Assembly: GCA_022729235.1 (NCBI GenBank)
Contig: JALDAJ010000001.1
Coordinates: 576,001-640,000, forward strand
Reading direction: 5' to 3'
DNA: 64,000 nucleotides
Source of the DNA: Candidatus Nanohalarchaeota archaeon
Lineage (GTDB): Archaea; Nanohalarchaeota; Nanosalinia; Nanosalinales; Nanosalinaceae
Positions 1-9,826 of this stretch are shown piece by piece. Each line of letters opens with the position of its first letter. Position 1 is the stretch's first letter. The position numbers were made by a program, and so were the translations under genes. The notes below the pieces were generated by a model, which ran no database searches, had not been told where the DNA came from, and saw only the letters and a program-made list of their open reading frames with translations.

Positions 1-1069
1 GTATGTCATTTCCTACGAAGCCCTGTGTGACCGCGAGCGCACCTACAACCAGTGAGAATTCGCTTACCTGTGTCATGTTGATGCTTCCGAGGAATGATGT
101 CTTAGGTGTGAATTTCTCCCTGTCGATTAGGTAGAACATGATGATGAAGTTACCAATCATTAATACTGCTGATGCGAATACAGCTTCTTTCCAGTAGGTG
201 AACAGGTTACTTGTTGTTAGCTGTAGTCCGATGCTTGAGAAGAATATTACCATGAAGAAGTCTGTCAGCGGTCTTATGCGCTCCTTGAGCTCCTCTCTGT
301 AAGGTATCTGACCTAGCCCGAGTCCTGCCAGGAATGCCCCGACTTCTACGGAGAGGTCAAGGTACAGGCTGAGGGAGATGAAGACGAAAGCCAGGGCGAT
401 ACCATGTATGAAGAATGCGTGCTGGCTCTCTGCAACCTTCTTGAACAGGTCAGGGAGAACGTAGCGGGAGAGCAGGAATGTGAGACCTCCGATAAGACTC
501 ATCATGACGAATATCTTGACAAGAGTAGTGCCGACAACCTGTGGATCTGTAAGAGTTCCCGCGCTAAATAATGCGAGAATTATGACCAGGTAGATATCCT
601 GGAGTATCAGGACACCGACATCGATTTTACCGGGTAAACTGGTTATCTCATCCTTGTCGGTCAAGAGCTTGACGATGACCGGCGTGGCGCCGAAGACAGT
701 ACATAGCGCGATGACGATAGTCTCTATCATCGTAAAACCGAGAACTAGCGGAACGATGAATGCGAGAGAGGTCTGGAGTATGGTCTGGAGTATAGCGATA
801 TTGGTGACAGGTCTAAGTATCTCCTTTATCTCTTCAAGGTTCATCTCGATACCAAGGAGGAACAGCAGGAAACCGAGACCGAGTTCGGACATCAGCTCTA
901 TCAGCTGCGACTCCGTGACCACGTTAAGCATCACCGGACCGAGAACAAGCCCTGTTGCGATGTAAGCTATGATAGTCGGCTGGTTGGTCTTCCTTGCGAA
1001 GAAGGCTAGCAACGTAGCGGTGATAAGCAAAAGCGCAAAGTCCGTAGCTAGAGCTGTTTCAACCGCCAT
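1..1069 (-). CDS. Cation:proton antiporter (CPA2/KefB-like), runs off left edge
   Basis: Manual translation from ATG 1069: MAVETALATDFALLLITATLLAFFARKTNQPTIIAYIATGLVLGP...ELGLGFLLFLGIEMNL; many TM helices; not in ORF track because truncated. Confidence 0.85.
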   Translation of the reverse strand, partial: MAVETALATDFALLLITATLLAFFARKTNQPTIIAYIATGLVLGPVMLNVVTESQLIELMSELGLGFLLFLLGIEMNLEEIKEILRPVTNIAILQTILQTSLAFIVPLVLGFTMIETIVIALCTVFGATPVIVKLLTDKDEITSLPGKIDVGVLILQDIYLVIILALFSAGTLTDPQVVGTTLVKIFVMMSLIGGLTFLLSRYVLPDLFKKVAESQHAFFIHGIALAFVFISLSLYLDLSVEVGAFLAGLGLGQIPYREELKERIRPLTDFFMVIFFSSIGLQLTTSNLFTYWKEAVFASAVLMIGNFIIMFYLIDREKFTPKTSFLGSINMTQVSEFSLVVGALAVTQGFVGNDI

Positions 1070-1070
1070 A

Positions 1071-1640
1071 TCAGAAGATTTTCTCTATCTCATTTTTATT
1101 GATAGGTCCTTCCCGGTGGATCATGATATCTCCATCAACTACTTCCACGATGGTCGAAGTCGGCGACTCCTGGAGCTCGCCCACATCGATGATATAGTCG
1201 ACATTCTCCCTCAACTCTGGACTGATGTCCTCAACCCGGTAAGAGGTCTCTTCCCCCGAGATATTCGCGCTGGTCGCGGTTATTGGTCCTGCCTCTGCGA
1301 GTTCTGAGGCGACTTCTTCCGAAGAGATGCGGAACACGAACTTCTCATTCAGGTTGTCCGGCACTTTATCCTTCTTCTCCGCGACGAGAGTTAGAGGACC
1401 GGGCATGAACTCTTCTATAATCTTCCTCTCTGTATCGCTCAGTTTGGCGTATCTCTCAGCGGTTTCAAGGCTGTCTACGATAGCGGTCAGACCTTTCGAC
1501 CGCGGTCTCTGCTTAACAGTGTACACCTTGTCGACCGCGTCCTCGTTCAATGCGTCCGCCGCGATCCCATAGGCAGTCTCAGTAGGGGCGATGACGAGCC
1601 CGCCGTCCTCTATGACTTCTTTTGCTTTCTTGGTGCTCAC
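1071..1640 (-). CDS. sua5: L-threonylcarbamoyladenylate synthase (single-domain TsaC/YrdC type)
   Basis: PTETAYG, KQRP, PGPLT, TSANISG motifs. Confidence 0.92.
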   Translation of the reverse strand: MSTKKAKEVIEDGGLVIAPTETAYGIAADALNEDAVDKVYTVKQRPRSKGLTAIVDSLETAERYAKLSDTERKIIEEFMPGPLTLVAEKKDKVPDNLNEKFVFRISSEEVASELAEAGPITATSANISGEETSYRVEDISPELRENVDYIIDVGELQESPTSTIVEVVDGDIMIHREGPINKNEIEKIF

Positions 1641-1654
1641 GAGGAGAGAGCGTT

Positions 1655-2605
1655 TTATTCAAAGTTATATTCCTTGTCCTGGCGAGTGGAGGAGTAGATT
1701 TCGAAAAGCACCTGTTCATCTCTGCTAAGTTCATCGTAATCTACCTCGCCTGCCCTGACCTGCCTGTATTTTTCTTCGCTCAGAACTTTTTCCGGGCTTA
1801 CGTAGAACTCCGGTTCGTGGAACTGTATATGTGATTTATTTCCGTCACAGACTGCGTCGAATGTGTTTCCGTGGTATACAAGGTTTCCGAAGAGATCTTC
1901 TTTTGAATGAGATATGAAGTCTGCGTTTGGAACTATTGCCTCTAGTCTACTGTCAGGCTCGTTTCTCTTATCATTGTACTCCATTATTGTGGCTTCTGCT
2001 GTTTCTGCATCTTCTTCGAGCATCCCCCATGTTTCGTCCCAGCTCTTACCTGATCGAATCATGGTCTCTCTAAGGACTTCTTTTACTTCATTTTCCAGTT
2101 CACTATAGGCTTGCTGGTCTAATGAACCGACTGCTGATTCTACGAGTGTGTCGTTCTCGGGCAATTTATTTGCTATTTCTCTCAAAGGATGGTTTTCTGG
2201 TAGGTCCTGTAACGTGTCTTTATGAGCTACTACCTGTTTTGTGTCACTGTTATCTATTTGGGCGGTGACATTTCTTCCGGTTGTCGTCATATAATCTCCT
2301 GCTTCGGTAAGGACTATGGGATCTCCAGCTCCGAGTGTTTCTTCAAGAGGTTCGACTAGATCGAAGTATTTCATCTGGAAATAATCTGCGAAAGTGTCTT
2401 GAGGATGATTCGGATGAGTATTTATGTCAAACTGCAGGACTGCATCTTCTTCAGCAATAGCACGTATCTCGTCAGGCACCTCCTCCATAGCAGACTCGGG
2501 CTCAGAGGCGGCTCCGCCAAATATGCTAGAAAGTCTCAGACTAATGCCCTTTGAGGCGGTCTCTTTCATGAACTCTCTTCGAGTTCTATCGGAACCATCA
2601 AACAT
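1655..2605 (-). CDS. Hypothetical acidic protein with twin-arginine-like N-terminus
   Basis: 316-aa ORF, TRREFMK motif, no recognisable family. Confidence 0.65.
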   Translation of the reverse strand: MFDGSDRTRREFMKETASKGISLRLSSIFGGAASEPESAMEEVPDEIRAIAEEDAVLQFDINTHPNHPQDTFADYFQMKYFDLVEPLEETLGAGDPIVLTEAGDYMTTTGRNVTAQIDNSDTKQVVAHKDTLQDLPENHPLREIANKLPENDTLVESAVGSLDQQAYSELENEVKEVLRETMIRSGKSWDETWGMLEEDAETAEATIMEYNDKRNEPDSRLEAIVPNADFISHSKEDLFGNLVYHGNTFDAVCDGNKSHIQFHEPEFYVSPEKVLSEEKYRQVRAGEVDYDELSRDEQVLFEIYSSTRQDKEYNFE

Positions 2606-2642
2606 GAATTGTTATTATCAGGTAGTAAATATAAGTCTTTCG

Positions 2643-3617
2643 TTATTTCCACGTAACCTCTGCCTCGTCAGGCCTCCACTTCGGCTTCTTTCCACTTTCT
2701 TCGATAACTGTTTCACGGCCTGCCTGTAGTTCAAGTAGTCCTTGGTGGGCAATCATCGCGCCGTTGTCCATGCAGTACTCTGGAGGAGGTACGTAAGCTT
2801 CTGCGCCCCGCTGTTCGCACATCGTCTCTATCATATCTCTCAGGCGGGAGTTCATCGCGACTCCTCCAGTCAGCAGCGCCTCGTCACTCTCCTCCTGCGC
2901 CATCGCCCGCTCCAGCGCCTCCACAACCGCTGAATATGCGTGTTCCTGGAAGCTGTTCGCGATTACCTCATCCTCCTCACTGTTCACTTTTCTTTCACAC
3001 TCAGTAACTAGTCCAGAAAACGAGAAGTCCATCCCCTTGATGGGGTATGTCAGTTCGATTATATCATCCGTCTTTTCTGCAAGTTTTTCAATCTCTGGTC
3101 CTCCTGGGTGAGGGTAGCCCATCTTTCTCGCGAGCTTGTCAAGCGCGTTCCCGAGCGCGATGTCTAGCGTCTCGCCTATCACACGGTATCTTCCGGAACG
3201 GAGCTCTAGTATCTGTGAGTTCCCTCCGGACAGGTATAGCGTGGTCGGGTCTTCCGCTCCGGTTGTCCTCGTCCCGATGGAGATGTGCGCGAGGCAGTGG
3301 TTGACGCCTACAAGTTTAGTGTCGTACCTCTTTGAGAGTGCTCGCGCCATAACCGCACCTACATCCAGGCACTGAGGGATTCCTGGTCCCTGGGCGAACG
3401 CAACTGCGTCTATCTCCTCTAGATCAATACCCGACTTCTGTTCTACCTGGTTGAGAAGATGCATAGCTTTCTGGTAGTGGTGCTCCGCCGCTTTCCGTGG
3501 ATGTATTCCTCCTTCCTCCGGCTCGAACATCGACTTTACATTCGCGTGTATCTCGTCTTCGTCAACTATTCCGATGCCGAGCGTGTGCGCAGTTGACTCT
3601 ATTCCCAGGACTTTCAT
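2643..3617 (-). CDS. kae1: KEOPS t6A transferase Kae1 (not fused to Bud32)
   Basis: LGIESTAHT, VNHCLAH, LSGGNS, ETLDIALGN, GGVAMN, DNGAMIA. Confidence 0.96.
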   Translation of the reverse strand: MKVLGIESTAHTLGIGIVDEDEIHANVKSMFEPEEGGIHPRKAAEHHYQKAMHLLNQVEQKSGIDLEEIDAVAFAQGPGIPQCLDVGAVMARALSKRYDTKLVGVNHCLAHISIGTRTTGAEDPTTLYLSGGNSQILELRSGRYRVIGETLDIALGNALDKLARKMGYPHPGGPEIEKLAEKTDDIIELTYPIKGMDFSFSGLVTECERKVNSEEDEVIANSFQEHAYSAVVEALERAMAQEESDEALLTGGVAMNSRLRDMIETMCEQRGAEAYVPPPEYCMDNGAMIAHQGLLELQAGRETVIEESGKKPKWRPDEAEVTWK

Positions 3618-3661
3618 GGTAGAAGGATAGTGCTGGAAAAGTTAAAAGAGAAAGCCGTGGT

Positions 3662-3964
3662 TTAAGCTTCTACGGGCTCGGCTGTTTCAGTGTCTTGTCT
3701 GATTTGCTGATCAAGCTTGTAGAGCTGTTTGACTATTTCTGAATCCTGGTTTAGCCGGTATAGCTGTGTCTTCCCGTACTTCCGAGTCTCTTCTACGGCA
3801 TCTATCTCCTCTATCTTGTCCCAGGAGCGGTGGACTGTTGATTCGGCTATTCCGGCTGTCTCTGCTAGATCCTTCTTCGAGTAGTCCATGCTTGGGTGCT
3901 CCATAAGTACGTCTAGAACCTTCAGAACTGCCGATTCTCCAAATACTTTTTCTAAGGGTGTCAT
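3662..3964 (-). CDS. Small winged-HTH DNA-binding protein
   Basis: DYSKKDLAETAGIAESTVHR HTH followed by wing TRKYGKTQLYRLN. Confidence 0.8.
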   Translation of the reverse strand: MTPLEKVFGESAVLKVLDVLMEHPSMDYSKKDLAETAGIAESTVHRSWDKIEEIDAVEETRKYGKTQLYRLNQDSEIVKQLYKLDQQIRQDTETAEPVEA

Positions 3965-4073
3965 CGTCCTACATAAACACTTGTAGCATACACTTTTAAA
4001 CTCTTGTCTATGGGTCTTTCAAGCTCCTATTAATGAAAGTTTTATTAGGTTGGGTTGAGAATAGGTTTCTAGA

Positions 4074-4365
4074 ATGGATGAACTATCGGATAAAAAGAGG
4101 AAAGCTGCACTTATCGAGGGTATGGTTCGTAGAAGACAGTGGAAAATGAGTTATAAGACCGTAGAGGATACTATATCCAAGCTTCCCAATCGTGAGAAGA
4201 AAAAGGCACTGGAAATTATAGATGAACTGGTTAATGAGGGATGGGCGGAGTACCAATAAGGGCGGGGACTGTGTTTCACTTAATTCTTCAAGAAAGTCAG
4301 AGATCAGAAAGTTTCTTGAGGAGTACAGCGAGATGGAGGTGTGGATGCTGGATTCCCTTTTCTAG
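4074..4365 (+). pseudogene. Frameshifted small hypothetical gene (1-nt insertion near 4254-4256) or sequencing error
   Basis: Removing one A from TACCAATAAG gives ...GWAEYHKGGDCVSLNSSRKSEIRKFLEEYSEMEVWMLDSLF*, a continuous 96-aa product. Confidence 0.6.
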
Positions 4366-4383
4366 TATCAGTCTGTGAAGGTT

Positions 4384-4944
4384 TTAGAGTCCTTTCAGGA
4401 ACGCCTGCAGTTTTCCCAGGGCGTCATGTCTGTGGGAGTTCCGGTCCTTATAGTCCGGGTCTTCTCCCCATGTCCTGTCGTGGTCTTTCGGCAGGAATAA
4501 CGGGTCGTATCCGAACCCTCCGTCTCCTCTCGGCTCGACTATCTCACCGCGGGCTTTCCCAGTGAAGACTCTGATATCATCTCTTTCTGGCAGGTACAGG
4601 GCTATAGCTGCGCGGAATTCAGCTTTTGTATCGTCGTCGAGAAGCTTCATTATGTTTTCTTTTCCTACTTTGCGGTCGAAGAACGCTGTCTGTGGTCCGG
4701 GGAAACCGTTGAGAGAGTCTATGAAAAGTCCTGAGTCATCGGCGATTAGAAATGCGTCGTCTTCGATATCTGATTTCTCCAGCGCCTGCTCGACCTTAGA
4801 CTCTGCGATTTCCTCGATTGAATCGATGCTGGGTTCTACAGTCTCTATGTCCAGCTGTTTGACTTCAAAGTTGTCAGGTAGAATGTTGCGTGCGTGCTCC
4901 ACTTTCCCGCTGTTGCCAGTCGCAAAGTAGAGTCGGGTTGACAT
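4384..4944 (-). CDS. rdgB: Non-canonical purine NTP pyrophosphatase (RdgB/Ham1)
   Basis: ATGNSGK, DDSGLFI, GFPGP, GFGYDPLF, SHR. Confidence 0.95.
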   Translation of the reverse strand: MSTRLYFATGNSGKVEHARNILPDNFEVKQLDIETVEPSIDSIEEIAESKVEQALEKSDIEDDAFLIADDSGLFIDSLNGFPGPQTAFFDRKVGKENIMKLLDDDTKAEFRAAIALYLPERDDIRVFTGKARGEIVEPRGDGGFGYDPLFLPKDHDRTWGEDPDYKDRNSHRHDALGKLQAFLKGL

Positions 4945-4945
4945 G

Positions 4946-5095
4946 TTATCCGTGCTTGGTGTATCCGCACTTTCCGCAGCTTACGCGGTCTTCGTGTTCT
5001 GCGAGGAAGCTTCCGCACCTTGGACATTTTTCGCCTTCGTAACTGCCGTCTTCGCTGTATTTCTCCCAGAGCTGTACCTTGTCGTGCTTTGCCAT
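4946..5095 (-). CDS. rps27ae: 30S ribosomal protein S27ae (eS31)
   Basis: [24 protein letters not shown]; start reassigned to ATG 5095 after SD AAGGTGA. Confidence 0.92.
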   Translation of the reverse strand: MAKHDKVQLWEKYSEDGSYEGEKCPRCGSFLAEHEDRVSCGKCGYTKHG

Positions 5096-5145
5096 TAAGC
5101 TATCACCTTGTGGTTGGTTAAGTCGAGAAAACTTGTTTTCGTCAT
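5095..5145 (-). repeat. Junction hairpin element forming coupling mini-[19 protein letters not shown]
   Basis: TAATG overlap with rps3 stop and TAATG overlap with rps27ae start; first 22 nt identical to the element at 50184. Confidence 0.75.
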
Positions 5146-6227
5146 TACTCTTCAACTCTGGTCTCTAACCAGTCAATGAATGTTGTGCGGTTTTTGTTGT
5201 CTTTTTCTGCTTCGAGTGCTGCTTCGTAGTCTGGTTCGTCGAGTTCTTCGAGCGCGTCTTTGGCGTCGCTGATTGTGTTGTCGACGATGTCCTCGTAGTC
5301 GGCTCCGCTTGATGTCTCGTCCTCGTCTTTTGTCTCTTCTTCGTCTCCAGTTTCTTCTTCCTCTTCTGCTTCTTCAACATCTTCGTCTTCCGTCTCTGGT
5401 TCGTCCTCGACTTCCTCAGGTTCTGTTTCTTCGGCTTCTTCCTTGATTTCGTCTCCTCTTTCCTCGAATACGTCTCTTACTTCGTTTTTGGAGATATCTT
5501 CGGTTTCTACTTCGAGTTCTTCCATTGCTTCTTCGATTCCTGCCGAGGTCATGTCGTCTGCTTCCACTACTACTCTTTCGATTCTTTCTTCCTGTGGAAG
5601 TGTCTCACCGTGGTCAATGACCTCATGTAGTATCTCTTCTTCGACGTCGACGTCCCGGTGTTTGAACTCTGGCATAGATTCCATTATTCTTACCTTGACG
5701 CCGATTGCGCCGGGCTTTGTTTTTGCGAGTTCGTATGCCTCGTCAACGTTCTCTTTGGAAGTATTTCCACATCTTTTCACGTAGCCGAACGAGAATTTTT
5801 CTGTCCGCCCTCTGTTACCTGATAGTTTGCCGGCGATTTCGATTTCTGCCCCTATGACTCCTGACTCCTTCATCCTGCGGAGGTAGGTGTATCCTACTCT
5901 CTTTGTTCTTCCGCCTTTTTCGAGCCATGAAGCCATCGATTTTGCGACTATCTCTGCGTCCCCGTCAGGATTCTCTATCTCGTTTACTTCTATCTGCGGG
6001 TTTTCAAATCCGAATTCTTCCTCCATATCCGCGGTGAGTTCACGAATCCGGGATCCGCCTCTTCCGATTACGAGTCCTGGTCTCTGTGCGTATACGACTA
6101 TCTTTGTTGATGTAGGTGTTCTTACGATTTCGGAGCGTGAGTATCCTGCTCCTTCTAGCTCTTCTTCCAGGTATTCATGCATCCTTACCTTTCTAGCGCC
6201 TTTGTCGATGAACTGTTTTTCCTGCAT
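5145..6227 (-). CDS. rps3: 30S ribosomal protein S3 with long acidic C-terminal extension
   Basis: [12 protein letters not shown] motif, [17 protein letters not shown]. Confidence 0.96.
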   Translation of the reverse strand: MQEKQFIDKGARKVRMHEYLEEELEGAGYSRSEIVRTPTSTKIVVYAQRPGLVIGRGGSRIRELTADMEEEFGFENPQIEVNEIENPDGDAEIVAKSMASWLEKGGRTKRVGYTYLRRMKESGVIGAEIEIAGKLSGNRGRTEKFSFGYVKRCGNTSKENVDEAYELAKTKPGAIGVKVRIMESMPEFKHRDVDVEEEILHEVIDHGETLPQEERIERVVVEADDMTSAGIEEAMEELEVETEDISKNEVRDVFEERGDEIKEEAEETEPEEVEDEPETEDEDVEEAEEEEETGDEEETKDEDETSSGADYEDIVDNTISDAKDALEELDEPDYEAALEAEKDNKNRTTFIDWLETRVEE

Positions 6228-6640
6228 TATCGTTCACCTACGATTATCTTTACGTGTGCTGCTTTCATGGTTCTTCCACGGTGTCTTTTCGGTGTTCTAA
6301 ACTCTCTGCCCTGGTTGGTTATGAACTCCTGGATTTCCAGTTCGTCAATGTTCAGTCCTTCGTTTTCCGCGTTGTTCTTCGCGTTCCTTATGACGCCGAG
6401 TACTGCTTCTGCTGCCTTTACAGGGTAGCGTGCTTCTCCCTGTCCGGGTTTGTGTCCTGCACCTGAAAACTTTGTGTATGGTACAGGAAGCTCTTTTTCG
6501 ATTACTCGTTCAAGTTTGTTCTCCGCTTTCTCCACGGAGTCTTCTTTCACGAAGCGCCCGATTTCGGTTACGTCCTTCCAGGACACTCTTAGGTTGTGTC
6601 CTTCTGCTCTTGCCTGGTGTGGCTGTGTTTCTAGCGTCAT
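6227..6640 (-). CDS. rpl22: 50S ribosomal protein L22
   Basis: ARYPVKAA, NAKNNAE; start reassigned to MTLETQ at 6640. Confidence 0.93.
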   Translation of the reverse strand: MTLETQPHQARAEGHNLRVSWKDVTEIGRFVKEDSVEKAENKLERVIEKELPVPYTKFSGAGHKPGQGEARYPVKAAEAVLGVIRNAKNNAENEGLNIDELEIQEFITNQGREFRTPKRHRGRTMKAAHVKIIVGER

Positions 6641-6650
6641 TTTATCGTCT

Positions 6651-7034
6651 TTACTTGAGCGGTACGTGCTGTGAGGACCGTGTTGCTCCGAGTCCTGGTG
6701 CACTGTGCTGTACTTCTTTCCGGGTTTTTGCGAACTCTCCCAGGTAGTGTCCCAGCATCTCTTTTTCGATGTCTACTGGGACGAAGTCCTGTCCGTTGTA
6801 TACGTGGACTGTTTTACCTACCATTTCTGGTACTACTATCATCGACCTGAAATGCGTCTTGACCGAGTCCTTATCTTCAAGGTCTTCAAGTATTTTTTTC
6901 TCCTCTCTTCTAAGTCCTCTTTCGAGTTTCCTTTTCCCTCTTGAGTTAAGAAGTTCTGCAAACTCGTCTAGAGTCATTTCCTGTAGTTCTTCGAGCTTGT
7001 GTCCTCTGAACTTCCATTCCTCGTCATTACTCAT
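6651..7034 (-). CDS. rps19: 30S ribosomal protein S19
   Basis: KTHFRSMIVVPEMVG, GHYLGEF, GATRSS. Confidence 0.96.
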   Translation of the reverse strand: MSNDEEWKFRGHKLEELQEMTLDEFAELLNSRGKRKLERGLRREEKKILEDLEDKDSVKTHFRSMIVVPEMVGKTVHVYNGQDFVPVDIEKEMLGHYLGEFAKTRKEVQHSAPGLGATRSSQHVPLK

Positions 7035-7090
7035 CTCGAAAACACCTCTGATGTTTTCTGGGTTCTTGAAACTCTACGAGTTTTACTCAT
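7031..7090 (-). repeat. 56-bp hairpin element flanked by ATGAGTAA direct repeat; mini-ORF MSKTRRVSRTQKTSEVFSR*
   Basis: Two hairpins, internal GAGGTG SD, ATGA overlap with rps19 start. Confidence 0.75.
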
Positions 7091-7802
7091 CTGAATCACC
7101 TGAACTCTTCTTGTTACCTGTTCTCCGTGCAGAGATGCTTCCTACCTTGCTACCTGGTGAGGCGTGGCGCGAAACTGTCTTCGGCTGTCCTGGCTTTGCA
7201 GAACCTCCGAATGGGTGGTCGACCGCGTTCATTGCTACTGCGGAAACCGTTGGGTACTTCTTGCCTCTTGCCTTCATCGCCTTGCTCTTATTTCCTGCCT
7301 TGACGAATGGTTTGTCTTTTCTTCCGCCACCTGCAACCTTTCCGACAGTGGCTCTGCAGTTAGCATCCATCTTCTTGAACTCTTTACTTGGTAGCCTTAT
7401 TCTTACACCGTCTTTCTCATGTGTTACAACGAAAGCGTATGTTCCAGAAGATCTAACGAGTTTACCTCCGTCATTCGGCTGTAATTCGATGTTGTGAATC
7501 GGTACTCCTTCAGGGATTTCCCCGAGTGGTAGTACGTTTCCTTCTTCGATTGGTGCGGAGATTCCGACTTCGATCTCGTCTCCGACGTGAAGGTTTTCAG
7601 GAGCAAGGATGTTTCTTACGTCACCGTCCTCGAACTCCACTGCTGCTACCGGCGCGGTTCTTGCGGGATCGTGGACTATATCTACGACTGTCCCTGTCGT
7701 TTCGGCGTTCTTGTGCTCCACATCGCCCTTACCCCTGTGGGTCTTGGCCTGCCACGTGGAGCTTCCTTTTCCTCTTCTCTGTTGTCTGATTGGTGATCCC
7801 AT
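7083..7802 (-). CDS. rpl2: 50S ribosomal protein L2
   Basis: QRRGKG, HDPARTAP, AMNAVDHPFGG. Confidence 0.97.
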   Translation of the reverse strand: MGSPIRQQRRGKGSSTWQAKTHRGKGDVEHKNAETTGTVVDIVHDPARTAPVAAVEFEDGDVRNILAPENLHVGDEIEVGISAPIEEGNVLPLGEIPEGVPIHNIELQPNDGGKLVRSSGTYAFVVTHEKDGVRIRLPSKEFKKMDANCRATVGKVAGGGRKDKPFVKAGNKSKAMKARGKKYPTVSAVAMNAVDHPFGGSAKPGQPKTVSRHASPGSKVGSISARRTGNKKSSGDSDE

Positions 7803-7815
7803 CTTGGTAACCTCT

Positions 7816-8085
7816 CTAAATCATGCCGAGCCGGGTCGCGACATCCATCGCGTCGTCTTCCGCGCTCAGCCTGACGAAAGCCTTTTTCTTGGCCTGTGGT
7901 GTGATAGTAGTGTTTACTTTTTTAACCGTGACACCGAACAGTTCTTCGACCGCGTCTTCTACCTGGTTCTTGTTCGCGTCGATGTCAACCATCAGTACAA
8001 GCGTATTATCCTCGTCTACCTTGTCCATCGCTTTCTCTGTGAGGTGCGGGTTCTCGATTATGTTCCATGCCTGTTCTTCTTCCAT
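7816..8085 (-). CDS. rpl23: 50S ribosomal protein L23
   Basis: PHLTEKAM, KVNT, KKAFVRL. Confidence 0.96.
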   Translation of the reverse strand: MEEEQAWNIIENPHLTEKAMDKVDEDNTLVLMVDIDANKNQVEDAVEELFGVTVKKVNTTITPQAKKKAFVRLSAEDDAMDVATRLGMI

Positions 8086-8091
8086 TGTTTA

Positions 8092-8847
8092 TCAATCCAC
8101 GAAGAGCTGTTCTTCTCGGAGTTTTTCGAGAGCTTCGTCGCTCCAGACGATAAGCCTTCCTGGTTGTGTGCCGGGTGCTAGAAGCTCTGCGTTAAGGTTT
8201 TCCACGCGGACTGTTTCGACTCCAGGAAGGTTGTTCGATGCCTGGAATACTCCGTTGTCGTCCGCGACAACTAGTAGAGGACCAACCTTTCTCTTGTATT
8301 TTCTTCCCCTATTGGCTCCTCTGCCGGCTCTTACTTTCTTCTCGCTGACACGTTCGAGTTCTTCTTCGAGCCCGAGGTCTTCAAGTGCCTCTTTCAGTTC
8401 TGCAGTCTTTTCTATTCCCTCGATATCTTCTACTATAGGCAGGTTGCCGTCGTATTCGTGTCTTTCCTGTACAAGTTCGGCGTCGTTTGATGCTGCGATT
8501 CCGGACCTGATGGCTTTTCTTCTCTCTTTGTCGTTGATTTCTTCGTCCCAGTCTTTCTTCGCTTTAGGTCCGTGCGCTCTTCTACCGCCTCTGGTGTTCG
8601 GTGATTCCGCGCCGATTCCAGAGATCTGGCTTCCTCTTCTGAATACGATTTTCCGCGGTGTCCTTGACTGTCCGCGCCCTTTCTGTCCTCTGTACGCGTT
8701 GTTTCTTTTCTTCCAGTACGTTACGTGCTGTAGCCCTGCTTCTTCTGCGTGACCGTATGGTTGACGGTTCTTGGACTGGATGGATAATACTGCGCGCTTT
8801 ATGATATCCGGTCTTACTCTTTCGTTGAACTGCTCTGGTAGCTCCAT
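8092..8847 (-). CDS. rpl4: 50S ribosomal protein L4
   Basis: RPDIIKRAV, GGRRAHGP, LLAPGTQPGRL. Confidence 0.96.
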   Translation of the reverse strand: MELPEQFNERVRPDIIKRAVLSIQSKNRQPYGHAEEAGLQHVTYWKKRNNAYRGQKGRGQSRTPRKIVFRRGSQISGIGAESPNTRGGRRAHGPKAKKDWDEEINDKERRKAIRSGIAASNDAELVQERHEYDGNLPIVEDIEGIEKTAELKEALEDLGLEEELERVSEKKVRAGRGANRGRKYKRKVGPLLVVADDNGVFQASNNLPGVETVRVENLNAELLAPGTQPGRLIVWSDEALEKLREEQLFVD

Positions 8848-8854
8848 TTTCTAT

Positions 8855-9826
8855 TCACCTGTCGATGTGTGTTATCTCTGGTTCTCCTGGGTTTTTGTCT
8901 TTCCTGAGTGCGGTTCTCAGCCTTACGAGTCTCTTTTCCGGTCCTGGAACAGAGCCCTTGATTATTATGTAGTTAGAATTGACTTCTCCATAGTTCTTGA
9001 ACCCGCCTTCGCGCTGAACTTCTTCCGGGTCCTCTCCGTGGTCGATTATCCTCTTGTTGAGCTCTGTTCTATTGTTAAAGCCCTGTTGTCCGGGCAGTGG
9101 AACTCTCCATGAAAGTTTGTCAGGGTGCCACGGTCCGACGTTTCCCGCCTTTCTCCTCTTCTTCTGGGTCTTGTGACCGAGCTTCTTGATTCCGTAACGC
9201 TTGACAGGTCCTTCGACCCCTTTACCTTTGGTTACTGCGACTACGTCCGAGTACTCTCCGGGCTCGAAAACGTCCGAGAACTCGATTTCCTTTCCAATCA
9301 TTTCTTCCGCGTATTCCAGCTGTTCTTCTACGTCTCCGCCGAGCGCTACTTCAAAGTTCTCCGCTTTCTTCTTGGAGAGTCCTGCCTCCTGGGGCTGTGT
9401 GTGGACAAGTAGGCGGACCTCTGTAAGTTCGTCTTTGATTTCTTTAGCTGCTTCGAGGTTGTCCATATTTCCTTCTTTCGGAACGTCAGTTGCTCTCTGT
9501 AGCTCTTTTGCGGGCGAGTCTGTCCAGACCTCGGTGAAGACCTGTTTGCCCGTGTTGATGTCTTCAGTGTAGAAGCGTGCACCGTAAACTCTGAGGGGCG
9601 GTGCTTCTAGTATCGTTACTGGTGTCGCGATTTCCTGACCCTGCGTGGCACCTTCTGTATCGTCTATCATCAGGACTCTGCTCATCCCTACCTTGTAGCC
9701 CGCGAATCCGAGCGGTTTCAGTTCACCTGTTTCTTCCCACGTATCTATCTCTGGGTAGATCCTTTCCGCCCTTACCTTGGGCTTGTATCCGAGTGATCCG
9801 CTTCTTGGTACGCTTGGGTCTGACAT
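8855..9826 (-). CDS. rpl3: 50S ribosomal protein L3
   Basis: PRSGSLG, GYKVGM, TKGKG, GPWHP, KGSVPGP. Confidence 0.97.
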   Translation of the reverse strand: MSDPSVPRSGSLGYKPKVRAERIYPEIDTWEETGELKPLGFAGYKVGMSRVLMIDDTEGATQGQEIATPVTILEAPPLRVYGARFYTEDINTGKQVFTEVWTDSPAKELQRATDVPKEGNMDNLEAAKEIKDELTEVRLLVHTQPQEAGLSKKKAENFEVALGGDVEEQLEYAEEMIGKEIEFSDVFEPGEYSDVVAVTKGKGVEGPVKRYGIKKLGHKTQKKRRKAGNVGPWHPDKLSWRVPLPGQQGFNNRTELNKRIIDHGEDPEEVQREGGFKNYGEVNSNYIIIKGSVPGPEKRLVRLRTALRKDKNPGEPEITHIDR

